DNA of 64,000 nt, taken from contig OZ059898.1 of NCBI GenBank assembly GCA_964057225.1, forward strand, positions 558,001 through 622,000, given 5' to 3'. A model generated the notes under the pieces. The model was given only the letters and a program-made list of their open reading frames with translations, made no database searches and was not told the DNA's origin. Shown one piece after another: positions 24,001-37,566 of the stretch. The number at the start of each line of letters is the position of its first letter. Within the stretch, counting starts at the first letter, position 1. Made by a program: the position numbers and the translations under genes. The DNA is from Auanema rhodensis. Lineage: Eukaryota > Animalia > Nematoda.

Positions 24001-27000
24001 GTGTTATCAGATTTGCGCTAGCTTAAAAATCCACCGAGATATCAACTGATATAAGTTCACACATATATATCCTCGATTTTCACCCTGAAGAATTAATTTT
24101 TTCGTTGAATAACATTGTCCATCGTCTTTGCCTTGAAAAAAGGAATCTAAAAACATCTACTTTTTGCTAAATTATTTTGAAATTTTTCGAAAAAATTTTT
24201 GTCAAAATGTTTTTGGAAGCAATGTTGAGTGTACATGGAAACTCAACATACACTAATGCATCATTTTTCAAACGATCATAACTAATTTTTGTATTAAGCG
24301 TTTCTCAATGTAGTATAGTGCATTCGATGCGGATTTTTAAGCTGCGTCGATCCGTGTTATCAGATTTGCGCTAGCTTAAAAATGCACCGAGATATCATTT
24401 GATATAAGTTCACACTTATATCCTCGATTTTCACCCTGAAGAATTAATTTTTTCGTTGAATAACATTGTCCATCGTCTTTGCCTTGAAAAAAGGAATCTA
24501 AAAACATCTACTTTTTGCTAAATTATTTTGAAATTTTTCGAAAAAATTTTTGTCAAAATGTTTTTGGAAGCAATGTTGAGTGTACATGGAAACTCAACAT
24601 ACACTAATGCATCATTTTTCAAACGATCATAACTAATTTTTGTATTAAGCGTTTCTCAATGTAGTATAATGCATTCGATGCGGATTTTTAAGCTGCGTCG
24701 ATCTGTGTTATCAGATTTGCGCTAGCTTAAAAATCCACCGAGATATCAACTGATATAAGTTCACACTTATATCCTCGATTTTCACCCTGAAGAATTAATT
24801 TTTTCGTTGAATAACATTGTCCATCGTCTTTGCCTTGAAAAAAGGAATCTAAAAACATCTACTTTTTGCTAAATTATTTTGAAATTTTTCGAAAAAATTT
24901 TTGTCAAAATGTTTTTGGAAGCAATGTTGAGTGTACATGGAAACTCAACATACACTAATGCATCATTTTTCAAACGATCATAACTAATTTTTGTATTAAG
25001 CGTTTCTCAATGTAGTATAGTGCATTCGATGCGGATTTTTAAGCTGCGTCGATCTGTGTTATCAGATTTGCGCTAGCTTAAAAATGCACCGAGATATCAA
25101 CTGATATAAGTTCACACTTATATCCTCGATTTTCACCCTGAAGAATTAATTTTTTCGTTGAATAACATTGTCCATCGTCTTTGCCTTGAAAAAAGGAATC
25201 TAAAAACATCTACTTATTGCTAAATTATTTTGAAATTTTTCGAAAAAATTTTTGTCAAAATGTTTTTGGAAGCAATGTTGAGTGTACATGGAAACTCAAC
25301 ATACACTAATGCATCATTTTTCAAACGATCATAACTAATTTTTGTATTAAGCGTTTCTCAATGTAGTATAGTGCATTCGATGCGGATTTTTAAGCTGCGT
25401 CGATCTGTGTTATCAGATTTGCGCTAGCTTAAAAATCCACCGAGATATCAACTGATATAAGTTCACACATATATATCCTCGATTTTCACCCTGAAGAATT
25501 AATTTTTTCGTTGAATAACATTGTCCATCGTCTTTGCCTTAAAAAAAGGAATCTAAAAACATCTACTTTTTGCTAAATTATTTTGAAATTTTTCGAAAAA
25601 ATTTTTGTCAAAATGTTTTTGGAAGCAATGTTGAGTGTACATGGAAACTCAACATACACTAATGCATTATTTTTCAAACGATCATAACTAATTTTTGTAT
25701 TAAGCGTTTCTCAATGTAGTATAGTGCATTCGATGCGGATTTTTAAGCTGCGTCGATCTGTGTTATCAGATTTGCGCTAGCTTAAAAATCCACCGAGATA
25801 TCAACTGATATAAGTTCACACATATATATCCTCGATTTTCACCCTGAAGAATTAATTTTTTCGTTGAATAACATTGTCCATCGTCTTTGCCTTGAAAAAA
25901 GGAATCTAAAAACATCTACTTTTTGCTAAATTATTTTGAAATTTTTCGAAAAAATTTTTGTCAAAATGTTTTTGGAAGCAATGTTGAGTGTACATGGAAA
26001 CTCAACATACACTAATGCATTATTTTTCAAACGATCATAACTAATTTTTGTATTAAGCGTTTCTCAATGTAGTATAGTGCATTCGATGCGGATTTTTAAG
26101 CTGCGTCGATCTGTGTTATCAGATTTGCGCTAGCTTAAAAATCCACCGAGATATCAACTGATATAAGTTCACACTTATATCCTCGATTTTCACCCTGAAG
26201 AATTAATTTTTTCGTTGAATAACATTGTCCATCGTCTTTGCCTTGAAAAAAGGAATCTAAAAACATCTACTTTTTGCTAAATTATTTTGAAATTTTTCGA
26301 AAAAATTTTTGTCAAAATGTTTTTGGAAGCAATGTTGAGTGTACATGGAAACTCAACATACACTAATGCATCATTTTTCAAACGATCATAACTAATTTTT
26401 GTATTAAGCGTTTCTCAATGTAGTATAGTGCATTCGATGCGGATTTTTAAGCTGCGTCGATCTGTGTTATCAGATTTGCGCTAGCTTAAAAATCCACCGA
26501 GATATCAACTGATATAAGTTCACACATATATATCCTCGATTTTCACCCTGAAGAATTAATTTTTTCGTTGAATAACATTGTCCATCGTCTTTGCCTTGAA
26601 AAAAGGAATCTAAAAACATCTACTTTTTGCTAAATTATTTTGAAATTTTTCGAAAAAATTTTTGTCAAAATGTTTTTGGAAGCAATGTTGAGTGTACATG
26701 GAAACTCAACATACACTAATGCATCATTTTTCAAACGATCATAACTAATTTTTGTATTAAGCGTTTCTCAATGTAGTATAGTGCATTCGATGCGGATTTT
26801 TAAGCTGCGTCGATCTGTGTTATCAGATTTGCGCTAGCTTAAAAATGCACCGAGATATCAACTGATATAAGTTCACACTTATATCCTCGATTTTCACCCT
26901 GAAGAATTAATTTTTTCGTTGAATAACATTGTCCATCGTCTTTGCCTTGAAAAAAGGAATCTAAAAACATCTACTTTTTGCTAAATTATTTTGAAATTTT

Positions 27001-27035
27001 TCGAAAAAATTTTTGTCAAAATGTTTTTGGAAGCA

Positions 27036-29143
27036 ATGTTGAGTGTACATGGAAACTCAACATACACTAATGCATCATTTTTCAAACGATCATAACTAAT
27101 TTTTGTATTAAGCGTTTCTCAATGTAGTATAGTGCATTCGATGCGGATTTTTAAGCTGCGTCGATCTGTGTTATCAGATTTGCGCTAGCGTAAAAATGCA
27201 CCGAGATATCAACTGATATAAGTTCACACTTATATCCTCGATTTTCACCCTGAAGAATTAATTTTTTCGTTGAATAACATTGTCCATCGTCTTTGCCTTG
27301 AAAAAAGAAATCTAAAAACATCTACTTTTTGCTAAATTATTTTGAAATTTTTCGAAAAAAATTTTTGTCAAAATGTTTTTGGAAGCAATGTTGAGTGTAC
27401 ATGGAAACTCAACATACACTAATGCATCATTTTTCAAACGATCATAACTAATTTTTGTATTAAGCGTTTCTCAATGTAGTATAATGCATTCGATGCGGAT
27501 TTTTAAGCTGCGTGGATCTGTGTTATCAGATTTGCGCTAGCTTAAAAATGCACCGAGATATCAACTGATATAAGTTCACACTTATATCCTCGATTTTCAC
27601 CCTGAAGAATTAATTTTTTCGTTGAATAACATTGTCCATCGTCTTTGCCTTGAAAAAAGGAATCTAAAAACATCTACTTTTTGCTAAATTATTTTGAAAT
27701 TTTTCGAAAAAATTTTTGTCAAAATGTTTTTGGAAGCAATGTTGAGTGTACATGGAAACTCAACATACACTAATGCATCATTTTTCAAACGATCATAACT
27801 AATTTTTGTATTAAGCGTTTCTTAATGTCGTATAGTGCATTCGATGCGGATTTTTAAGCTACGTCGATCTGTGTTATCAGATTTGCGCTAGCTTAAAAAT
27901 GCACCGGGATATCAACTGATATAAGTTCACACTTATATCCTCGATTTTCACCCTGAAGAATTAATTTTTTCGTTGAATAACATTGTCCATCGTCTTTGCC
28001 TTGAAAAAAGGAATCTAAAAACATCTACTTGTTGCTAAATTATTTTGAAATTTTTCGAAAAAATTTTTGTCAAAATGTTTTTGGAAGCAATGTTGAGTGT
28101 ACATGGAAACTCAACATACACTAATGCATCATTTTTCAAACGATCATAACTAATTTTTGTATTGAGCGTTTCTCAATGTCGTATAGTGCATTCGATGCGG
28201 ATTTTTAAGCTGCGTCGATCTGTGTTATCAGATTTGCGCTAGCGTAAAAATGCACCGAGATATCAACTGATATAAGTTCACACTTATATCCTCGATTTTC
28301 ACCCTGAAGAATTAATTTTTTCGTTGAATAACATTGTCCATCGTCTTTGCCTTGAAAAAAGAAATCTAAAAACATCTACTTTTTGCTAAATTATTTTGAA
28401 ATTTTTCGAAAAAAATTTTTGTCAAAATGTTTTTGGAAGCAATGTTGAGTGTACATGGAAACTCAACATACACTAATGCATCATTTTTCAAACGATCATA
28501 ACTAATTTTTGTATTAAGCGTTTCTCAATGTAGTATAGTGCATTCGATGCGGATTTTTAAGCTGCGTGGATCTGTGTTATCAGATTTGCGCTAGCTTAAA
28601 AATGCACCGAGATATCAACTGATATAAGTTCACACTTATATCCTCGATTTTCACCCTGAAGAATTAATTTTTTCGTTGAATAACATTGTCCATCGTCTTT
28701 GCCTTGAAAAAAGGAATCTAAAAACATCTACTTTTTGCTAAATTATTCTGAAATTTTTCGAAAAAATTTTTGTCAAAATGTTTTTGGAAGCAATGTTGAG
28801 TGTACATGGAAACTCAACATACACTAATGCATCATTTTTCAAACGATCATAACTAATTTTTGTATTAAGCGTTTCTTAATGTCGTATAGTGCATTCGATG
28901 CGGATTTTTAAGCTACGTCGATCTGTGTTATCAGATTTGCGCTAGCTTAAAAATGCACCGGGATATCAACTGATATAAGTTCACACTTATATCCTCGATT
29001 TTCACCCTGAAGAATTAATTTTTTCGTTGAATAACATTGTCCATCGTCTTTGCCTTGAAAAAAGGAATCTAAAAACATCTACTTTTTGCCAAATTATTTT
29101 GAAATTTTTCGAAAAAATTTTTGTCAAAATGTTTTTGGAAGCA
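27036..29143 (+). repeat. 3-monomer duplication (1054 bp x2)
   Basis: [T155G,G273A,+A][C127G][C85T,A91C,G123A,A169G] occurs in monomers starting 27036/27388/27739 and again 28090/28442/28793, with a few private differences. Confidence 0.85.
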
Positions 29144-31946
29144 ATGTTGAGTGTACATGGAAACTCAACATACACTAATGCATCATTTTTCAAACGATCA
29201 TAACTAATTTTTGTATTAAGCGTTTCTCAATGTCGTATAGTGCATTCTATGCGGATTTTTAAGCTGCGTCGATCTGTGTTATCAGATTTGCGCTAGCTTA
29301 AAAATGCACCGAGATATCAACTGATATAAGTTCACACTTATATCCTCGCTTTTCACCCTGAAGAATTAATTTTTTTGTTGAATAACATTGTCCATCGTCT
29401 TTGCCTTGAAAAAAGGAATCTAAAAACATCTACTTTTTGCTAAATTATTTTGAAATTTTTCGAAAAAATTTTTGTCAAAATGTTTTTGGAAGCAATGTTG
29501 AGTGTACATGGAAACTCAACATACACTAATGCATCATTTTTCAAACGATCATAACTAATTTTTGTATTAAGCGTTTCTCAATGTAGTATAGTGCATTCGA
29601 TGCGGATTTTTAAGCTGCGTCGATCTGTGTTATCAGATTTGCGCTAGCTTAAAAATGCACCGGGATATCAACTGATATAAGTTCACACTTATATCCTCGA
29701 TTTTCACCCTGAAGAATTGATTTTTTTGTTGAATAACATTGTCCATCGTCTTTGCCTTGAAAAAAGGAATCTAAAAACATCTACTTTTTGCCAAATTATT
29801 TTGAAATTTTTCGAAAAAATTTTTGTCAAAATGTTTTTGGAAGCAATGTTGAGTGTACATGGAAACTCAACATACACTAATGCATCATTTTTCAAACGAT
29901 CATAACTAATTTTTGTATTGAGCGTTTCTCAATGTCGTATAGTGCATTCGATGCGGATTTTTAAGCTGCGTCGATCTTTGTTATCAGATTTGCGCTAGCT
30001 TAAAAATGCACCGAGATATCAACTGATTCACACTTATATCCTCGATTTTCACCCTGAAGAATTAATTTTTTCGTTGAATAACATTGTCCATCGTCTTTGC
30101 CTTGAAAAAAGAAATCTAAAAACATCTACTTTTTGCTAAATTATTTTGAAATTTTTCGAAAAAAATTTTTGTCAAAATGTTTTTGGAAGCAATGTTGAGT
30201 GTACATGGAAACTCAACATACACTAATGCATCATTTTTCAAACGATCATAACTAATTTTTGTATTAAGCGTTTCTCAATGTAGTATAGTGCATTCGATGC
30301 GGATTTTTAAGCTGCGTCGATCTGTGTTATCAGATTTGCGCTAGCTTAAAAATGCACCGAGATATCAACTGATATAAGTTCACACTTATATCCTCGATTT
30401 TCACCCTGAAGAATTGATTTTTTTGTTGAATAACATTGTCCATCGTCTTTGCCTTGAAAAAAGGAATCTAAAAACATCTACTTTTTGCTAAATTATTTTG
30501 AAATTTTTCGAAAAAATTTTTGTCAAAATGTTTTTGGAAGCAATGTTGAGTGTACATGGAAACTCAACATACACTAATGCATCATTTTTCAAACGATCAT
30601 AACTAAATTTTGTATTGAGCGTTTCTCAATGTCGTATAGTGCATTCGATGCGGATTTTTAAGCTGCGTCGATCTGTGTTATCAGATTTGCGCTAGCTTAA
30701 AAATGCACCGAGATATCAACTGATATAAGTTCACACTTATATCCTCGATTTTCACCCTGAAGAATTAATTTTTTTGTTGAATAACATTGTCCATCGTCTT
30801 TGCCTTGAAAAAAGGAATCTAAAAACATCTACTTTTTGCTAAATTATTTTGAAATTTTTCGAAAAAATTTTTGTCAAAATGTTTTTGGAAGCAATGTTGA
30901 GTGTACATGGAAACTCAACATACACTAATGCATCATTTTTCAAACGATCATAACTAATTTTTGTATTAAGCGTTTCTCAATGTCGTATAGTGCATTCGAT
31001 GCGGATTTTTAAGCTGCGTCGATCTGTGTTATCAGATTTGCGCTAGCTTAAAAATGCACCGAGATATCAACTGATATAAGTTCACACATATATCCTCGAT
31101 TTTCACCCTGAAGAATTAATTTTTTCGTTGAATAACATTGTCCATCGTCTTTGCCTTGAAAAAGGGAATCTAAAAACATCTACTTTTTGCTAAATTATTT
31201 TGAAATTTTTCGAAAAAATTTTTGTCAGAATGTTTTTGGAAGCAATGTTGAGTGTACATGGAAACTCAACATACACTAATGCATCATTTTTCAAACGATC
31301 ATAACTAATTTTTGTATTAAGCGTTTCTCAATGTAGTATAGTGCATTCGATGCGGATTTTTAAGCTGCGTCGTTCTGTGTTATCAGATTTGCGCTAGCTT
31401 AAAAATGCACCGAGATATCAACTGATATAAGTTCACACTTATATCCTCGATTTTCACCCTGAAGAATTAATTTTTTTGTTGAATAACATTGTCCATCGTC
31501 TTTGCCTTGAAAAAAGGAATCTAAAAACATCTACTTTTTGCTAAATTATTTTGAAATTTTTCGAAAAAATTTTTGTCAAAATGTTTTTGGAAGCAATGTT
31601 GAGTGTACATGGAAACTCAACATACACTAATGCATCATTTTTCAAACGATCATAACTAATTTTTGCATTAAGCGTTTCTCAATGTAGTATAGTGCATTCG
31701 ATGCGGATTTTTAAGCTGCGTCGATCTGTGTTATCAGATTTGCGCTAGCTTAAAAATGCACCGAGATATCAACTGATATAAGTTCACACTTATATCCTCG
31801 ATTTTCACCCTGAAGAATTAATTTTTTCGTTGAATAACATTGTCCATCGTCTTTGCCTTGAAAAAAGAAATCTAAAAACATCTACTTTTTGCTAAATTAT
31901 TTTGAAATTTTTCGAAAAAATTTTTGTCAAAATGTTTTTGGAAGCA

Positions 31947-34900
31947 ATGTTGAGTGTACATGGAAACTCAACATACACTAATGCATCATTTTTCAAACGA
32001 TCATAACTAATTTTTGTATTAAGCGTTTCTCAATGTAGTATAGTGCATTCGATGCGGATTTTTAAGCTGCGTCGATCTGTGTTATCAGATTTGCGCTAGC
32101 TTAAAAATGCACCGAGATATTAACTGATATAAGTTCACACTTATATCCTCGATTTTCACCCTGAAGAATTAATTTTTTTGTTGAATAACATTGTCCATCG
32201 TCTTTGCCTTGAAAAAAGGAATCTAAAAACATCTACTTTTTGCTAAATTATTTTGAAATTTTTCGAAAAAATTTTTGTCAAAATGTTTTTGGAAGCAATG
32301 TTGAGTGTACATGGAAACTCAACATACACTAATGCATCATTTTTCAAACGATCATAACTAATTTTTGTATTAAGCGTTTCTCAATGTAGTATAGTGCATT
32401 CGATGCGGATTTTTAAGCTGCGTCGATCTGTGTTATCAGATTTGCGCTAGCTTAAAAATGCACCGAGATATTAACTGATATAAGTTCACACTTATATCCT
32501 CGATTTTCACCCTGAAGAATTAATTTTTTTGTTGAATAACATTGTCCATCGTCTTTGCCTTGAAAAAAGAAATCTAAAAACATCTACTTTTTGCTAAATT
32601 ATTTTGAAATTTTTCGAAAAAAATTTTTGTCAAAATGTTTTTGGAAGCAATGTTGAGTGTACATGGAAACTCAACATACACTAATGCATCATTTTTCAAA
32701 CGATCATAACTAATTTTTGTATTAAGCGTTTCTCAATGTAGTATAGTGCATTCGATGCGGATTTTTAAGCTGCGTCGATCTGTGTTATCAGATTTGCGCT
32801 AGCTTAAAAATGCACCGAGATATCAACTGATATAAGTTCACACTTATATCCTCGATTTTCACCCTGAAGAATTAATTTTTTCGTTGAATAACATTGTCCA
32901 TCGTCTTTGCCTTAAAAAAAGGAATCTAAAAACATCTACTTTTTGCTAAATTATCTTGAAATTTTTCGAAAAAATTTTTGTCAAAATGTTTTTGGAAGCA
33001 ATGTTGAGTGTACATGGAAACTCAACATACACTAATGCATCATTTTTCAAACGATCATAACTAATTTTTGTATTAAGCGTTTCTCAATGTAGTATAGTGC
33101 ATTCGATGCGGATTTTTAAGCTGCGTCGATCTGTGTTATCAGATTTGCGCTAGCTTAAAAATGCACCGAGATATCAACTGATATAAGTTCACACTTATAT
33201 CCTCGATTTTCACCCTGAAGAATTAATTTTTTCGTTGAATAACATTGTCCATCGTCTTTGCCTTGAAAAAAGGAATCTAAAAACATCTACTTTTTGCTAA
33301 ATTATTTTGAAATTTTTCGAAAAAATTTTTGTCAAAATGTTTTTGGAAGCAATGTTGAGTGTACATGGAAACTCAACATACACTAATGCATCATTTTTCA
33401 AACGATCATAACTAATTTTTGTATTAAGCGTTTCTCAATGTAGTATAGTGCATTCGATGCGGATTTTTAAGCTGCGTCGATCTGTGTTATCAGATTTGCG
33501 CTAGCTTAAAAATGCACCGAGATATCAACTGATATAAGTTCACACTTATATCCTCGATTTTCACCCTGAAGAATTAATTTTTTCGTTGAATAACATTGTC
33601 CATCGTCTTTGCCTTGAAAAAAGAAATCTAAAAACATCTACTTTTCGCCAAATTATTTTGAAATTTTTCGAAAAAATTTTTGTCAAAATGTTTTTGGAAG
33701 CAATGTTGAGTGTACATGGAAACTCAACATACACTAATGCATCATTTTTCAAACGATCATAACTAATTTTTGTATTAAGCGTTTCTCAATGTAGTATAGT
33801 GCATTCGATGCGGATTTTTAAGCTGCGTCGATCTGTGTTATCAGATTTGCGCTAGCTTAAAAATGCACCGAGATATCAACTGATATAAGTTCACACATAT
33901 ATCCTCGATTTTCACCCTGAAGAATTAATTTTTTTGTTGAATAACATTGTCCATCGTCTTTGCCTTGAAAAAAGGAATCTAAAAACATCTACTTTTTGCT
34001 AAATTATTTTGAAAATTTTTCGAAAAAATTTTTGTCAAAATGTTTTTGGAAGCAATGTTGAGTGTACATGGAAACTCAACATACACTAATGCATCATTTT
34101 TCAAACGATCATAACTAATTTTTGTATTAAGCGTTTCTCAATGTCGTATAGTGCATTCGATGCGGATTTTTAAGCTGCGTCGATCTGTGTTATCAGATTT
34201 GCGCTAGCTTAAAAATGCACCGAGATATCAACTGATATAAGTTCACACTTATATCCTCGATTTTCACCCTGAAGAATTAATTTTTTCGTTGAATAACATT
34301 GTCCATCGTCTTTGCCTTGAAAAAAGGAATCTAAAAACATCTACTTTTTGCTAAATTATCTTGAAATTTTTCGAAAAAATTTTTGTCAAAATGTTTTTGG
34401 AAGCAATGTTGAGTGTACATGGAAACTCAACATACACTAATGCATCATTTTTTAAACGATCATAACTAATTTTTGTATTAAGCGTTTCTCAATGTCGTAT
34501 AGTGCATTCGATGCGGATTTTTAAGCTGCGTCGATCTGTGTTTTCAGATTTGCGCTAGCTTAAAAATGCACCGAGATATCAACTGATATAAGTTCACACT
34601 TATATCCTCGATTTTCACCCTGAAGAATTAATTTTTTTGTTGAATAACATTGTCCATCGTCTTTGCCTTGAAAAAAGAAATCTAAAAACATCTACTTTTT
34701 GCTAAATTATTTTGAAATTTTTCGAAAAAATTTTTGTCAAAATGTTTTTGGAAGCAATGTTGAGTGTACATGGAAACTCAACATACACTAATGCATCATT
34801 TTTCAAACGATCATAACTAATTTTTGTATTAAGCGTTTCTCAATGTAGTATAGTGCATTCGATGCGGATTTTTAAGCTGCGTCGATCTGTGTTATCAGAT

Positions 34901-37566
34901 TTGCGCTAGCTTAAAAATGCACCGAGATATTAACTGATATAAGTTCACACTTATATCCTCGATTTTCACCCTGAAGAATTAATTTTTTTGTTGAATAACA
35001 TTGTCCATCGTCTTTGCCTTGAAAAAAGGAATCTAAAAACATCTACTTTTTGCTAAATTATTTTGAAATTTTTCGAAAAAATTTTTGTCAAAATGTTTTT
35101 GGAAGCAATGTTGAGTGTACATGGAAACTCAACATACACTAATGCATCATTTTTCAAACGATCATAACTAATTTTTGTATTAAGCGTTTCTCAATGTAGT
35201 ATAGTGCATTCGATGCGGATTTTTAAGCTGCGTCGATCTGTGTTATCAGATTTGCGCTAGCTTAAAAATGCACCGAGATATCAACTGATATAAGTTCACA
35301 CTTATATCCTCGATTTTCACCCTGAAGAATTAATTTTTTCGTTGAATAACATTGTCCATCGTCTTTGCCTTGAAAAAAGAAATCTAAAAACATCTACTTT
35401 TTGCTAAATTATTTTGAAATTTTTCGAAAAAAATTTTTGTCAAAATGTTTTTGGAAGCAATGTTGAGTGTACATGGAAACTCAACATACACTAATGCATC
35501 ATTTTTCAAACGATCATAACTAATTTTTGTATTAAGCGTTTCTCAATGTAGTATAGTGCATTCGATGCGGATTTTTAAGCTGCGTCGATCTGTGTTATCA
35601 GATTTGCGCTAGCTTAAAAATGCACCGAGATATCAACTGATATAAGTTCACACTTATATCCTCGATTTTCACCCTGAAGAATTAATTTTTTCGTTGAATA
35701 ACATTGTCCATCGTCTTTGCCTTAAAAAAAGGAATCTAAAAACATCTACTTTTTGCTAAATTATCTTGAAATTTTTCGAAAAAATTTTTGTCAAAATGTT
35801 TTTGGAAGCAATGTTGAGTGTACATGGAAACTCAACATACACTAATGCATCATTTTTCAAACGATCATAACTAATTTTTGTATTAAGCGTTTCTCAATGT
35901 AGTATAGTGCATTCGATGCGGATTTTTAAGCTGCGTCGATCTGTGTTATCAGATTTGCGCTAGCTTAAAAATGCACCGAGATATCAACTGATATAAGTTC
36001 ACACTTATATCCTCGATTTTCACCCTGAAGAATTAATTTTTTCGTTGAATAACATTGTCCATCGTCTTTGCCTTGAAAAAAGGAATCTAAAAACATCTAC
36101 TTTTTGCTAAATTATTTTGAAATTTTTCGAAAAAATTTTTGTCAAAATGTTTTTGGAAGCAATGTTGAGTGTACATGGAAACTCAACATACACTAATGCA
36201 TCATTTTTCAAACGATCATAACTAATTTTTGTATTAAGCGTTTCTCAATGTAGTATAGTGCATTCGATGCGGATTTTTAAGCTGCGTCGATCTGTGTTAT
36301 CAGATTTGCGCTAGCTTAAAAATGCACCGAGATATCAACTGATATAAGTTCACACTTATATCCTCGATTTTCACCCTGAAGAATTAATTTTTTCGTTGAA
36401 TAACATTGTCCATCGTCTTTGCCTTGAAAAAAGAAATCTAAAAACATCTACTTTTCGCCAAATTATTTTGAAATTTTTCGAAAAAATTTTTGTCAAAATG
36501 TTTTTGGAAGCAATGTTGAGTGTACATGGAAACTCAACATACACTAATGCATCATTTTTCAAACGATCATAACTAATTTTTGTATTAAGCGTTTCTCAAT
36601 GTAGTATAGTGCATTCGATGCGGATTTTTAAGCTGCGTCGATCTGTGTTATCAGATTTGCGCTAGCTTAAAAATGCACCGAGATATCAACTGATATAAGT
36701 TCACACATATATCCTCGATTTTCACCCTGAAGAATTAATTTTTTTGTTGAATAACATTGTCCATCGTCTTTGCCTTGAAAAAAGGAATCTAAAAACATCT
36801 ACTTTTTGCTAAATTATTTTGAAAATTTTTCGAAAAAATTTTTGTCAAAATGTTTTTGGAAGCAATGTTGAGTGTACATGGAAACTCAACATACACTAAT
36901 GCATCATTTTTCAAACGATCATAACTAATTTTTGTATTAAGCGTTTCTCAATGTCGTATAGTGCATTCGATGCGGATTTTTAAGCTGCGTCGATCTGTGT
37001 TATCAGATTTGCGCTAGCTTAAAAATGCACCGAGATATCAACTGATATAAGTTCACACTTATATCCTCGATTTTCACCCTGAAGAATTAATTTTTTCGTT
37101 GAATAACATTGTCCATCGTCTTTGCCTTGAAAAAAGGAATCTAAAAACATCTACTTTTTGCTAAATTATCTTGAAATTTTTCGAAAAAATTTTTGTCAAA
37201 ATGTTTTTGGAAGCAATGTTGAGTGTACATGGAAACTCAACATACACTAATGCATCATTTTTTAAACGATCATAACTAATTTTTGTATTAAGCGTTTCTC
37301 AATGTCGTATAGTGCATTCGATGCGGATTTTTAAGCTGCGTCGATCTGTGTTTTCAGATTTGCGCTAGCTTAAAAATGCACCGAGATATCAACTGATATA
37401 AGTTCACACTTATATCCTCGATTTTCACCCTGAAGAATTAATTTTTTTGTTGAATAACATTGTCCATCGTCTTTGCCTTGAAAAAAGAAATCTAAAAACA
37501 TCTACTTTTTGCTAAATTATTTTGAAATTTTTCGAAAAAATTTTTGTCAAAATGTTTTTGGAAGCA
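31947..37566 (+). repeat. 8-monomer tandem duplication (2810 bp x2)
   Basis: Ordered rare variants repeat at a 2810-bp offset, including both +1 indels, TTTTCGCCAAA, T195A, T306C and TTTTCAGA. The ORF-track entries 33561 and 36371 differ by exactly 2810. Confidence 0.92.
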
